Origin: the human T2T-CHM13v2.0 reference genome, Homo sapiens | Assembly: GCF_009914755.1 (NCBI RefSeq) | Contig: NC_060947.1 | Strand: one strand, 5' to 3' | Length of the DNA: 64,000 nucleotides | Shown here: in pieces, positions 13,242-26,700 of the stretch | Layout: each line of letters begins with the position of its first letter | Position numbering within the stretch: position 1 is the first letter of the stretch | Translations under genes and position numbers: made by a program | The notes under the pieces: model-generated | Seen by the model: only the letters and a program-made list of their open reading frames with translations | What the model was told of the DNA's origin: nothing | Database searches by the model: none

Positions 13242-13783
13242 TCTATTCATTTTCTGTTGCTGCCTCACAAGTTACCAAAACCATAGTTGCTTAAAACAAC
13301 ACACATTTATGATCCTCCAGTTTCCATGGGTCAGAAGTCCAGGCAGGGCTGAGCTGGATCTTCTGCTCAGCACCTCACATGGCTGCAGCGAAGGTGGTGT
13401 CTGGGCTGTGTTCCTTTCCTGGGGCCATCACCCAAGTTCACCTGGTTGTAGGCAGAACTGTTTCTTGGTACTATAAGACTGAGGTCCCCACTCTCTTGCT
13501 GGCTGTCAGCTTGAGCTACTCACAGAGACCACTTGCATTCCTTGCCATGTTCCCCTTTCACAGGCCTCTCTGACAGAGGCCCTCTCACAAGAGGGCAGCT
13601 CACTTCCAGGCCCCAAGGGAGAGTCTCTCACTCCAACCTGCTGAGATAGAGTCTAACACGACACCCCAGCACCTTCACCATCTTCTGTGGATTAGAAACA
13701 AGTCCCAGGTCTCACTTATACTCAAGGGGAGGGGATTATAGAAGGCTGTAACTCACTGGGGTGACCTTAGGGTGTGTCCACCA
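13242..13783 (-). mobile_element. MLT1 (E/F-like) MaLR solo LTR
   Basis: gcttaaaacaacacacatttat...ggtcagaagtccaggcagggctgagctggatcttctgctcag...actcaaggggaggggattata. Confidence 0.75.
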
Positions 13784-14661
13784 AGAATACCAAAGGCCTA
13801 AGGTTGGGGGTGGGAGAGGAATGGGGGCTAAGAGTTCTAGGGGAAAGTCAAAGAGAGAAGTTTAAAATGTGGTGGCAACAGACTTTCCAAGCCTATTTCC
13901 TCCATTCCTAATCAGGCTCAATTCCTTCCTGCTCGCCAGCCTGTACTTGACATACAGGTTTATGCACTCAGTGCCCTCCTCTTAGAATTCCTTGCTCTTT
14001 GTTGATATCACCCAGGGTCAGCATCAAGATTCAGGAAGCCTCCCAGGTAGACAGGTCTGTTTACCCAAGCTGGGTTATGTAATACTTTGGCCTCTTTTTT
14101 AGCTTCCCCTCTTTCTGGCACCAGTATGCACTAAGCAGAAAGAGGTACAAAAGTCTTGTTCAAGGAGAAACAAAAAATACTCATATCATTAAACATGTTT
14201 TCCTTGAATACAAATATAGTTATATTATTTGCCTTCAAATGACAAGGCAAAGGATTGATACGTTTAGGGTTTTTTTCTTTCTTCCCCCCAAAGCATGTAA
14301 CAACTGTATAATACAATGTTCTGTATAATTACTAACCAAGTACTAGGTTATGATTCTGCTGTTCAGCTGCAGAAATTACCACATACATATAGTTTGAAGG
14401 GAACAATTGGCCCCAAAGAAAATTAATAAGCATGTCTTCTCCTATTAGATTCCTGTTAAGATTTCATAGACAAGTGTGTTGGTGGAGAATTCTTGGTGCC
14501 TTTGCTGCAGGCGTATACATTTTTTGTGCTGCAAGGATGATTAGCAGCCCCTGAAGGGTGTAAACTCTGGACCTGTCCCAGGGAGCTTTGTTAATTCCTT
14601 GCAGACAGAGGAGGCAGAAGTGCAGGTGAGAGTCATGGGTCCTGGGCTCACGTTCCCATCT

Positions 14662-15006
14662 TGTCTTATTGTGTTTAGGCTACTATCACAAAATACCATG
14701 CAAAATAAACTGGCAGCTTCTGAACAGCAACCTTATTTCTCAAAGTTCTGGAGGCTGGGAAGTCCAAGATCAGGTCACCAGGAGATTCTGTGGCTGGTGA
14801 GGGCTCACTTCCTGGTTCATAAATGGAAACTTCTCCCCATGTCTTCACACCGTGAAAGAGGTGAACAAGATCTCTGAGACCTCTTTTATAAGAACACTAA
14901 TCCCATTCATGAGGGCTCTGCCCTCATGACCTAATCACCTCTCAATTCTTAGGAGTTGGGATTTCAACATATGAACAGCAGGAGCATAAACATTCAGTCC
15001 ATTGCA
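14662..15006 (-). mobile_element. MLT1A-like MaLR solo LTR
   Basis: tgtctta...gttctggaggctgggaagtccaagatca...taatcccattcatgagggctctgccctcatgacctaatcacc...attgca; TSD catct/cacct. Confidence 0.85.
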
Positions 15007-15365
15007 CACCTCAACTCGGAATTGGTGGTGTGGTCTCAGACCAGCAACTTGACTTCTAGGGTCTATTTTCTTGCCTGTAAAATGAAGTCCTTTGCAGTTT
15101 TCAAGTGCTCCAAGCTCTGTGTAAAGAATGGCATGTTCCAGTGTGTTTACCAAAAGACTAGAGGTGGTGAACTGGTGCTGGAGAATTGAAGGGTTTTCGT
15201 GACAGTCTGAGTAGAACAGCTGTTCTTTCATTATGGATTTCTGTCCCCAGGGAATAGTAACTTTTGTTACTTACATACTATGTATAAAACAGAAAGCACT
15301 ACCTGGAAATAAGGGAGAATGTTGCTAATTTGCTCCTTTTTCCTGTCAGTTAAATCAACCAAAAT

Positions 15366-16240
15366 AGTTTTAACTTTATATTGAAGAATAGTCTACATAT
15401 AGAAAAGGACACATATTTTGATTGCACAACTCAATGAATTTTCACAGATTGAACACACCCATATAACCAACATTCAGATGAAAAATGTAGAACATTAGCA
15501 GTCTTTCCTGAGAAGGCTGTCATACTCCTCTCCATAAGAATAACCACTGTCTTAATGTCTCACAGCATAGGTTTGTTTCACCAGGTTTTGTACTATATAT
15601 GCTATATATAAATGCTATGTGCCCTTTTCTGTCTGGCTTCCTTGACTCAATATTATGTTTGTGAAATTCATCCATATTGATCAGATAATTGTAATCATTC
15701 ATTTTCATTTTGGTGTCACATTTCATTAAAAGAATATAGATGTTTCTTTATTTCTTGTACTGTCAATCAGCATTTAGGTGGTTTCCAGATTTGGGCTACT
15801 ATGAATGGTGTTGCCAGGAAGGTTCTAGTGTCTTCCTTTTAATGGACATATATATGCATTTCTATGGAGAGTAAACCAAGGAGTGGAATTGCTGAGTCAC
15901 AGAATGTGCTTATGTTGGGAATTTGTAGATATTGCTAATCACTTTTCAAATCAGTTGCCCAAAATGATTCTATTGATCTGTAGTCCCATCAATTGTGTGT
16001 CAGAATTCCAGTTGCTCTACTCTTTGCTCTACATCTTTTTCAATTTAACCATGCTGGTGGGTGTGTACTGATATCAGCACCAGGTTTTAATTTATATTGC
16101 CCTGATAACTAATGTAGTTGAGTATCTTTTCATATGTTCGTTGGCCATTTGGATAAACATTTGTGGAGTGTCTGTTCAAGTCTTTCATCCATTTAACTAT
16201 GTGGTTGTTTGCTTTTTCATTGATTTGTACAATTATCTAT
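15366..16240 (-). mobile_element. Old L1 3' fragment (L1ME-like)
   Basis: tctggcttccttgactcaatattatgtttgtgaaattcatccat...ggagtggaattgctgagtca...atctttttcatatgttcgttggccatt, typical antisense L1M 3' region. Confidence 0.8.
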
Positions 16241-16646
16241 CTCTATATATCTATGTCTATATATATACATATTACCTATAGATATAATGAGTCTTTTATT
16301 AAATAGATGGATAGTGTCAACCAATGAAGTTTTTCATTAATGAATGTGTTTGGTGTCTACTAAGAGCTTCCTCTCTGGGCATAGTGCAACAAGAGATACA
16401 TGTGAGAAGCCTAAGTTAAGGTCCTTATGATAAGTCATTTACAGTTTGGTTGGGAAACCAGGCAACCACCTGAGTGGCAGTTGAGTAACAGCTGCAAGTG
16501 AGTGTGGGATGAAGTGCCTGTTGAGAGGTGAAGTCCTTTGAGTACTACAGGAATTTGAAGAAGTAGTCTGGAGAACATAACAAGGGCCACAGGAAAAGAA
16601 GTATCTAAGCTGATACCTGGAGAATAGATAAGAATTGGAGAAACAG

Positions 16647-17069
16647 TGATATGGTTTGGACCTGTGTCTCTGAACAAATCTCATGTTGAATTGTAATCGC
16701 CAAAATTGGAGGTGAGGCCTGGTGGGAGGTGATTGAATCTTGGGGGTGGATTTCTCATGAATGGTTTAGTATCATCCCCTTGATATAGTTCTCATAATAC
16801 TCAGTTCTTATGATATCTGGTCTTTTAAAAGTGTGTGGCATCTCCCCACCTCTCTCTCTTGCTCCTGCTCTGGCCACGTAAAGTGCCTGCTCCCCTTTTG
16901 CCTTCTGCCAGGATTGTAAGTTTCCTGAGGCCTCCCCAGAAGCCAAACAGATGCCAGCATCATGCTTCCTGCACAGTCTGCAGAACTGTGAGCCAATTAA
17001 GCCTATTTTATTTTTAAATTGCCCAATCTCAGGTATTTCTTTATAGCAATGTGGAAACAAACTAATACA
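16647..17069 (+). mobile_element. MSTA-like MaLR solo LTR
   Basis: tgatatggtttgg...gtttcctgaggcctccccagaagcc...gcagaactgtgagccaattaa...ctaataca; TSD aacag/agcag. Confidence 0.9.
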
Positions 17070-17624
17070 AGCAGAAACAGCCTGAGCAAATGCTGAGGGA
17101 CAGGTAAGACTCCACTTTTTTCCGATACAGTGAGGCTCCTGGGCTAGTCAGAATGGGGGATTTGTGAAGGGGATGTATACACAGCCAAGCACACATAAAT
17201 GTTCATTATTACCTGGAAGCCCTTCCTTTATAAGAGTTTAAAAACGAGATAAGGAAAGAGACAATGAAAAAAGAAAGCTTGATCTGAAATGGCCAGAAAG
17301 TACATAAAGCCCATATCAGTTTTACTGCAAATTTCTTTTTCTCCTCTTGGATTTTTGATCGGATACTTTAAACTCATATTTTTCAAAGGCATTTTATTCT
17401 CATCTTCTTTCTTTGAAACTAACACATCAAATATTAGTAAGGGATGATTGGAGGAGAGAGACTAATTAGTTTATTAAGCATGAAAGAGTTTTTTCTTCTT
17501 TGGGAAGCTTTTTTTATATATAGCTCAGTCTTCTAAGAAGTAAGTTCACAATTTTTCCTTTGTTTCCCCTTGGAGAGTATTAGAATGGCAAACACTTTTA
17601 TTTTGCTGAACAAGTACCTACAAA

Positions 17625-17850
17625 TGTGCCTACAACAACATTCCAGGGACTGTTCTGAGCACATCACATCACATGTCTTTATTCGTTTAATCCTCATAAT
17701 GACTATGAATTGGCACTATTATTATCAGCCTTACTGGCAGATCGAGAAGCTGAGGCACCAGGAGCTTCAAGGACATTGCTGCAAATTGTATCAGTGATAA
17801 GCAGCTGAACTAGGATTTTAAAAAAAAAGCAGTCTGCCTCCAGATTCTAT
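17625..17850 (-). mobile_element. MIR SINE fragment
   Basis: tttaatcctcataatgactatga...cagatcgagaagctgaggcacc...ctgaactaggattt, antisense MIR core. Confidence 0.65.
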
Positions 17851-17859
17851 GCCATAAAC

Positions 17860-18087
17860 CAAGGAGCAACAAACTTTGTCTGAGAAGGGCCAGATAACAA
17901 ATATTTCAGGCTTGGTGGACTATACAATCTCTGTAACAACTTCTCAACTCTGCCACTGTAATAGGAAATAAGAAAGCAGCCATAAACAATATGTGAATAA
18001 ATGAGCATGTCTATGTTTTGATAAAATCTTATTTTACATAAACAATGGGCTAGATTTGACCTATTGGCCATGGTTTTCCTATCCCTG
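17860..18087 (+). mobile_element. MER58A hAT-Charlie MITE
   Basis: caaacttt...aagggccagataacaaatatttcaggctt...ctcaactctgccactgta...gcagccataaacaatatg...gatttgacc...ccctg. Confidence 0.8.
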
Positions 18088-18186
18088 ATCTAAAACAGAA
18101 TGATATATTTCCCCTTATGCATGCAGAGGATTTAAGTAAGGTCTTCTTTTTTACTATATTCTATTTCCTGTTTCCTGGTCAGACAT

Positions 18187-18398
18187 CAGTGGTTCTCATT
18201 CTGGGGTGATTGTATCTCCCAGGGGCCTTTGGTAGTGTCTAGAGACATTTTTTATTTACCACAATTGGGAAGGTTGCTTCAGCATCTGATGTGTAAAGGC
18301 CATGGATGATGTTAAACATCCTACAATATGCAGGGTATCCCCACAGTAAAGGATTATATGGTCCCAATGTTAATTATGCCAAGAGTGAGAAACCTTGG
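18187..18398 (-). mobile_element. MER20 hAT-Charlie fossil
   Basis: cagtggttctca...tgtctagagacattttt...taaacatcctacaat...gagaaaccttg; reverse complement of the 5253 copy. Confidence 0.8.
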
Positions 18399-19254
18399 AC
18401 CAGTTGAATTAGATTCATTTTCCAACCTGTAGAGTGCCCCCTCTTCTCTATTTCTCTCAGAATGATGGTACTCCTCTTACTGCCTCCTAGGTAGCTCAAC
18501 ACTTCCAAATAACAACAACGATGATTATGGTGGTGGTGGTGGCAGCTGGCATCTACTGAGCACCCATTATGGGCTGGGTAATTGTACATATAATATCTTA
18601 AAATATCCCATTTTATTCAAAAATAAATTCATAAAGTAGATATTATGATTTTGCCTGTTCATATGAAGGAATATAAGTGCCTACATCCAAAACCTGGATC
18701 TTTCCATTCTACCCTGCTGCCTCTTTCTTCTTATAATGAATTCTATCATTGGACATAAACATAGACATAGGACTTCACATTCTGGACAGCCTCCATGAAC
18801 ACCAGTTATGCTAGGAGAGATTGATAGACATATATTTAAGTTTTATTTGTAAAATTGCTTCTCTAACCATAATTAGCTCAAAAAATAGTTTTTGTGAGGA
18901 TCTTGGACTGAAACTTTGATGTTTTCCTCGTTTTCCACATCAGGAAATAAGGTCAATGGTCAACCCCATGCCTTCCCTGTTGATAATAGCTTTTGCATGC
19001 AGATATTTTCCCTTTCCATTGCGTTACCTCCTGCCTAGTCTGCCTTGAGATGGAGCTCCCATTGTCCTGAAAGGAAGTAACCAGTGGACAGAGGTTGAAA
19101 AGAGAAAGAGAACTGGCAGAGCACAACAAATGTGGTGCTGGAGGAGGCTATGAATATGAGATTAGAGTAGTAGCCAAAAGGCCCATCAGGAAAAGCAATG
19201 GAGCTTGAGGCTCATGTGCCAAACCTCATTCCCATTCTCATCATGATGCCTTAG

Positions 19255-19860
19255 TTGTGTTCATTCATCCAACAAACATTACTGAGCCCCATGCTGCATG
19301 CCTGTCAATCACCTAAGTATTGGGACACAGTAGTGATCAGGTCAGACAAAAGCCTCAACTCCAAGACCCTATAAAGTAAAAGTGACTTCTACAGTATGAT
19401 GGAAAGTAACATGCACTCTGGAGAAAAATAAATCAGCAAAGGGAATGGGAAGTGCTGGAAGGGAGACTCCAGATTGTCAATGAGGTGGTTAGAATAGGTC
19501 TGCCTGTGAAGGTTACTGGCAGATTTGAAAGAGGTGAGAGAGCAAGTAATCAAGATATCTAGGGGGAAAAGTTCTAGAAAGAGGGAACCACAAGGGCATA
19601 GACCTTGAGGTTGGAAGATACATGCTTAATTGTAGGAGTGGTAAGGAGACTTGTGTGGCTGGACTGGAGTCAGATAAGGATGGAAATTAAAGAGGTAAGT
19701 GGGGAACTGCCCAGACAGTACAGTGTCCATAGAATGTGGGGAAGATTGTGGCTTTTCCTTTGGGCAAGATAGGGAATCATTTAGAGGGTTATGAGCAAGG
19801 GAATTAGAAGAGCTGCATTGTTTGAAAATGGAATCGTCTGGATGCAGAGTTGAGAAGAGA
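19255..19860 (-). mobile_element. L2 LINE 3' fragment
   Basis: tcattcatccaacaaacattactgag tail followed by a purine-rich L2 body (gtgtggctggactggagt...ggcttttcc...gagggttatgagcaagg). Confidence 0.7.
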
Positions 19861-21149
19861 GTGTCCATTCTACAGGAAGAAGGGTCTAGTCATATAAATT
19901 TCTTTCTCCCTTGAGATTCCCTTCCCTCCTTTTCCCCCAAGCCAGAGAATAACCACATGTATGAGAGTCTACTTGGGGGTTAGAAGAGTTGTCTTTATCC
20001 AAATCTCAAGGCAAGAAGAGGCATTAATGACCATCTCATCCTGTTCTCTCATTTTACTGATGAGAAAACCAAGAACAGTTTACTGTTTATTATTATTTGA
20101 TGTTAAGGATGCTAGGAGTCCAAAGTCTGCCTAGCTTTCTAGTAGTTGCAGACAAAACCAAGACAAAAAAAAAAAAAAAAGTCTTGCTGAGGACATCACC
20201 AGTCTGCCAGATGAGCAAATCAGCAATTTCAAAAAGGCATATGTAGTATGACAGAAGTATGCTTTGTACTATTGAAGTACAGAGGAGAGATATCCAACTC
20301 AGTCTGGAGATCAGGGAAGGCCTCCTGGATGAGGCAACCAAAAATCACTGTCCTACTTGAATTCTGTGCTGGGGCTTCAGTCTGACCAGCTCTCCTGCCT
20401 CATCTGTCTAGTTCTCTTCTTTCTACAACATGGCACCTCCTAGGACCTAGAAGACTACTTGCATGAAAAAAAAAAAGAACCCTCCAATTATTTAGAAAGA
20501 AAAAAGGCAACACAGCAGCTAAAACTGGTTTCATAATTTCTGTGACAGAATTATAGGTAGACAAAAATAGAAAAGATATATCAAAGACTAATTCTTTGGC
20601 TTTCCAAATCTTCTCATTTGCAGTGGCCATTGTCTTCTGGGATTTAGGCTTGGTTTTCTCTAGGTGATAGCAATAGTTCTGAGAATAATTAATATACTGC
20701 TGCTTATTCATAAAGCCTCTCAAAGACCAGGAGGGTGACAATTTAATAAACATAACAATAAATACAAATCAGCTGCCCTGTTATACTTGTTCTTGACTTT
20801 TTTGTTCCCATATTAAGACCTCAAGCAGTTTATTGACATTAATTAATTAACTCAACACCCTTGGGTGAGACTGGTGGATATTAATATTACCCTTCATCTT
20901 ACAGAAGAGAAATTGAAGCAAGGCTCTCTCCTTGACCAAATTCTGGAACAGGCAGAGTTGACTTTTCCTGCTTTTCTAGATCCCTTTTCATTCTGTCTTC
21001 TTGCATTTCCTCATTTATCCTGTATCAGTAGTTCCAGAGGCTCCATGCTGTGCCCACACCATTTCCCAGACTTGCAGTCCATGGGCTGCCAACTTTTTAC
21101 CTTCAACTATGGCCGTGTCCAGCTCATCTGTTACACCAACTTCACAGCA

Positions 21150-21340
21150 GGCAGTAGGGTGTGGTTAAATGTATGGTTTCTAGGTCAGACTGCCTGCGTT
21201 TGAACTTTGATCCCAGCACTTATACTCTTGTGAGTGTGGGTAAGTTACTTAACAATTCTGTGTCTGAGTTTTCTCATTGATAACACAGACATGACCGACA
21301 TGCTCACCTACTAGCATTGTTGCATACATTAACTGAAAGT
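21150..21340 (+). mobile_element. MIR SINE
   Basis: gcagtagggtgtggttaa...gtcagactgcctgcgtttgaa...gggtaagttacttaac...tctgtgtctgagttttctcat. Confidence 0.7.
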
Positions 21341-21555
21341 ATATATGGAAAAGTGATTCTGAGTTCAAATCCCAGTTTACCACTTTGTTACTGTGAAGCA
21401 TTCTCTATGCCTCAGTCTCAATTCATGTTACCTGTACGTATAATTATTGGTAAGGGAGTGATGAGTTTTAAAGGACAAGTCATATATGTATTTTACCCAA
21501 ACTCAGGTTTTACTCACTCAGTCACAGAATTGGAAGCAAACTCCATCATCTAGTC

Positions 21556-22173
21556 CAGGGATTGGCATCATGGGCTCATGACCTAAATTCAGCTCACTGT
21601 CTATATTTTCATAGTCCATGCCCTAAGAATTGTTGAGAAAAGGAAATAAAAATAAAGGCTGGTCACAGTGGCTCACCCCTGTAGTCCTAACACTTTGAGA
21701 GGCCAAGGCAGGAAGATTGCTTGAGACCAGGAATTTGAAACCATCCTGGGTAATGTAGTGAGACCCTGTCTCTATAAAAACATTTAAAAATTAGCTGGAC
21801 ATGGTGGTACATGCTTGCGGTCCCAGCTACTCGAGAGGCTGTGGTGGGAGGATCACTGGAGCAGGGGTGGTTGAGGCTGTGGTGAGCCATGATTATGCCA
21901 CTGCACTCCAGCCTGGGTGAGAGTAAGACTCTCTGTCTCAAAAAAAAAAAAAAAATACTATTTCATGACATGTGAAAATTAAATGAAACTCAAATCTCAG
22001 CATCCATTAAATAAATTTCAATTGAAACACAACCGTGTTCATTTATTTACATATGTCTGTGGCTGTTTTATTGATACAATGACAGTTGAGTAGTTGTGAC
22101 AGAGACTATGTTGCCCACAAAGCCTAAAATGTTTACTCCCTGGCCCTTCACAGACAAAGTTTGCTGACCTCTG
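21556..22173 (-). mobile_element. MER58B-like hAT MITE interrupted by an Alu
   Basis: Termini cagggattggc...tttgctgacctctg; 8-bp TSD atctagtc/ctctagtc; gttgagtagttgtgacagagac core. Confidence 0.8.
21657..21955 (+). mobile_element. AluJ dimer nested in MER58B
   Basis: ggctggtcacagtggctcacccctgtagtcc...ccactgcactccagcctgggtga...ctgtctc followed by A16. Confidence 0.92.
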
Positions 22174-23169
22174 CTCTAGTCCAGCAAAAAGGTCATCAGT
22201 TTGGATACTTTTTGCATTGGTGAGCTCACTACTTTATTAAGCCACCTCCCCTGTTGTCCAAGGAAGTTCTAAGTAGCCACACAGAAAGTCTGCCTCCTGG
22301 TAATGTCCCCCTATGGGTCCTGATTTCTTCCTCTAGAACAGCAAAGAGAAGGCTAATTCTTCATGCACATGACAACACTTCAACCACATTCCATCAATTC
22401 TCTCTTGTCTGGATTATCCATTCTCAGACCTCTCTGTTGTGCCTTAGTGTTTCCAGACCCCTCTCCATCCTGCTTCCTGTGAAAGCATGTCTGGGCTTGG
22501 TCCACCCTAATCTGATCTCAGGATCTCTGCCTTTCCCTCTGTAAGATTCATACCATGACTGAAGACCTGCCTTCTCTGGGTAGCTAATAAGCTTCACAAG
22601 GGCAAGGGCCTTATTTTCTTGTGTTTCTCTATATTCCCAGCATGGTTTTGTTCCTGATGGCTCAATTATTTATTGAAGGTTACCGAATGACTGATCTGTA
22701 ATATACTTCTTAAAACATTATATCGGAAACAGGTATAATATTCCAAATATCATCTGAACCCTATATTTTGTTACTGCTGCCCGTGACCATAATATTCTTT
22801 TAAAAAATAAATTATATATGCAATTCATATGGAAATTATTTGAAAGTAAAAGTCACAGACTTCTTTTAAATCAGTGATTGTGGAATTGGGTTGCCTCCAT
22901 TGCATTCATGTAGAATGTATTTATTGAACATTTATATCTATTCCTAATTAATTTTGTTTGTTTCAGTACTTAGTTTCAGCTTATTGAAATATTTTTTAGT
23001 TTTAACTTTATTACCCAATATATTTTCTACTCCCCCCTTATCCTTGAGTAACAAAGAAATTGCATGAGGAGTCTGTGTCTTCAGGGATGTTGATAACAGC
23101 ATAGTCCTGTAGGAAGTGGCTGGAATTTTCCCTCCAGCTTGATCAAAATCCGTTAATCAAAACACTTTT

Positions 23170-23478
<309 letters not shown>

Positions 23479-23950
23479 TTACTATACATGTATACATTAG
23501 CCAGGGACTATTAGACTCAATGCCTAAACCAAAAAAAAAGTGAAAGGAATTGGGGACAAAATAGAAATGGAAACTCTTTGGAGTGTGAACACATTAAATG
23601 CACCTGAATATTCCAGAAAGTAGCTACCACTCACTCTACTGAAATGGAGGATTATCCTGTAATTGATATACCCATATACAAATAACTAAATTGATTTGTG
23701 ATTCTATTACATATCATAGCAGCAATAGAATCAGAACCTGTAAACTTGATATCACATCTCAGTCTTAGTAATTTGGAGAATGCAGAGAATGTTAGAACTG
23801 GAAGGATCTAACGGCAGATCTCTCATTGTTCAGCTCTGCATTCAGGCCTGCTGAATGGAAGGCCAGTGAAAGTTCACAGATTAAGTTTAAAGCCTGGTAG
23901 GTGAACCTTAATTTTCATTCAGGAAAGATTGCATCTAAACCTGTGCAAAT

Positions 23951-24650
23951 ATTTTCAATAGCTTTAATGGGGTATAAATTATATATCAACAAATTCACTC
24001 ATTTAAAATGAACAATTCAATAGTTTTCCGTTTATTTACAAACTTGTTCAGCCATCACAATGATCTAATTTTAGAATATTTTCTGACCCCCAAAAGAAAC
24101 CAAATACATGTTAGCAGTTATTCTCCATCCTCATCCCCTGCTTACACATCCAGGTCTAGCTAATCTACTTTCTGTCTCTATAGATTTGCGATTCTGAACA
24201 TTTTATGTAAATAGAACAATGCAACTGGAATAATGCAATGGTCTTTTGTGTCTGGCTTCTTTCACTGAGCATAACATTTTCAAGGTTTATCCATGCTGTA
24301 GCATGTTTCAGTATTTTGTTCCTTTTGTATTGCTGAATGATATTGCATTGTATGAATATACAACTTTTTAAATCTATTCACTAGTTAATGGACATGTGGG
24401 TTGTGTCCACTTTTGGGCTATTATGAGTAATGCTGTTATGAACATTTGGCCAGTCTTTGTGTGGATATATGTTTCCATTTCTCTTGGTTAGATACCTAAG
24501 GGTAGAATTGCTGGGTCTTATGATCAATTGTGTTTAACTTTTTAAGAAACTGCCAACCTATTTTCCAAAGTGGCTGCACCATTTTACTATCCCACCAGCA
24601 ATTTACAACAGTTCCAATATCTGCACATTTTAGCCAACACTTGTTGTTGT
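23951..24650 (-). mobile_element. L1MB7/8-like 3' fragment
   Basis: ccatcacaatgatctaattttagaatattt...aatctactttctgtctctatagatttg...ttttccaaagtggctgcaccatttta...cccaccagcaa. Confidence 0.85.
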
Positions 24651-25169
24651 CCAGACCTAGGTAATATTTTAATTGACACTAGAATGGCATTTGTTTGAGG
24701 ACTGGTTACCTTTCATTATATATTTCAGGTAATTGAATTTTAGTTAGGGAAGCCAAAAGGTGATATAAGTTTTGAAAGATTGTTATTGCAAATTCTAGGA
24801 TCATTTAAAATGTGTAAAAAACAGAAAGAAAAAGAAAAAAAAAACATGGAAAAAATGTTGATCTGTAGAGCATTAATGTTGACATAAAACCTATTACAGT
24901 GAATGTCAAAAGATATTTAGTAAGATAAAAAAACATGTCAAGAAAGCATGTTAGTGCTTAAGATTTGCAATGAGTTCAAAGCTACAAAATAATGGCTACA
25001 CATTAACCAAAAGGTGAGGCTATGAGTGGCCTCGTGGTCAAATAAAGCAGAAGAAGTATGTTCTAACTAAGTCTCATGTGGACTTACCGTCTCTATTTTG
25101 TTTTGTTTGGGGACTGAATAATCCAAAACTAGCAGGATAAAGCCAGGATCAGATGGTTTATGTTTGCCA

Positions 25170-25375
25170 CTGATTCTCAACCAGGGCAATTTTGCCCCCA
25201 AAGAAATAGTTAGCTATGGCTGGAGACATTTTTAATTGCTATGATTTGGGGTGGGATGCTACTGGCATCTGGGAGTAGAGGCAAAGGATGCTGCATCCTA
25301 CAAAGCATAGGGTAGCACCCACAACAAAGATTTACCCAATCTAAGTCTGACTGGTGACAAAGTGGAGAAACCCTA
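25170..25375 (-). mobile_element. MER20 fossil
   Basis: gattctcaaccagggcaattttgccccc...tggagacattttt...gctactggcatct...gtagaggcaaaggatgctg...gagaaaccct. Confidence 0.8.
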
Positions 25376-25546
25376 CTTTAACTGATGCATCTGAAGGTGG
25401 AATAATTAGAATCACTTGAAATGTTTGTTTCCCCTTATTTTGCTTCCTAATTACATATGCTGAGTCATTCTCCTCACTTGGGGTTTTGCATCTTGGGGTT
25501 GTAGAGGTGAAAGCTGGGCTGTATATTTGTGATAAAAAAATTTCCA

Positions 25547-25787
25547 CTCACTCATAGGTGGGAATTGAACAATGAGAACACATGGACACAGGAAGGGGAA
25601 CATCACACTCTGGGGACTGTTGTGGGGTGGGGGGAGGGGGGAGGGGGGAGGGATAGCACTGGGAGATATACCTAATGCTAGATGACGAGTTAGTGGGTGC
25701 AGCGCACCAGCATGGCACATGTATACATATGTAACTAACCTGCACATTGTGCACATGTACCCTAAAACTTAAAGTATAATAAAAAAA
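25547..25787 (+). mobile_element. Young 5'-truncated L1 3' end (L1PA2-like), ~240 bp
   Basis: Near-consensus L1 3' UTR with L1PA2-type positions (gctagatgacgagttagtgggtgcagcgcacc, CpGs intact); TSD aaaaaaatttcca at 25534-25546, with the second copy ending at 25805 and interrupted by (TA)n. Confidence 0.92.
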
Positions 25788-26344
25788 TATATATATATAT
25801 TTCCAGTTGACTGTTACTCTTTCTCCATTTTCTCTTTCCAACCCAATCAAAAACTATTGCTCTAAATATTTCATAATACCTGTGCTCCATCTTAAAGGAA
25901 ATTAACACTTAGCATAAATAAATTGGAAGAATGGATATTTTCCTATTCTCATTTGTTATTCTGTAAAGAATCATTCAGTTCTTTCCTCTTTGACAATACA
26001 TTGGATGTTTGGGGCAAATCTCTAGGTTATCAAAGCCCAAATTAGAAAATGTCTACTACTGTTTTCCAGGAAATACAAGATAATTTTTTTATATTCATGT
26101 AATAATTCTCCACTTGATCTTAGCAAGACCAGCTTCTCACTGAAATACCAGCCAACCCTTTTGAGACTATAAATTTTATAATGAGCATGGGCCCTGGAAT
26201 CTTGCTATGTTCTACTTGAGTTATTTGGACACTGTATTACGGAACAACTGTGTGTTTAGTTGAGCAGAATTTCTCTTCTGAACCATAAATCCTGTTTTTA
26301 AATTATTGAAAAAGTTATTATGCCAATTAACACATCTCAACATA

Positions 26345-26482
26345 GGGGAAAGAACATGAGCTCTGAAACAGATGGTTCAAATCCCAGGCCTACCGCTTAT
26401 AAGCTGTGTGGCCTAAGGCAAGTTGCTTAAGGACTCTGAGCAGTAGTTTCTTCATTTATAATTTGGGAATACAATCTAACTC
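26345..26482 (+). mobile_element. MIR fragment
   Basis: ggttcaaatcccaggcctaccgcttataagctgtgtggcctaaggcaagttgcttaa...agtttcttcatttataa. Confidence 0.75.
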
Positions 26483-26700
26483 AGAGGTCCAACAAACTAC
26501 TGCCCATAGCCAAATCTGGCCTGTGGCTTGTTTTTGTAAATAAAGTTTTATTGGGACACAGCCATGCCCACTCATTTTCATATTGCCTAGAATTGCTTTT
26601 GTGCTACTGCACTGGAGTTGAGTAGTTGTGACAAGAGACTGTGTGTCTTCAAAGCCTAAAATATTTACTGTCTGGCCCTTGACTGAAAAAATTTGTCAAT
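26483..26700 (-). mobile_element. MER58A MITE
   Basis: caaactac...gccaaatctggcc...tgtttttgtaaataaagttttattgggacacagccatgccc...aagcctaaaatatttact. Confidence 0.85.
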
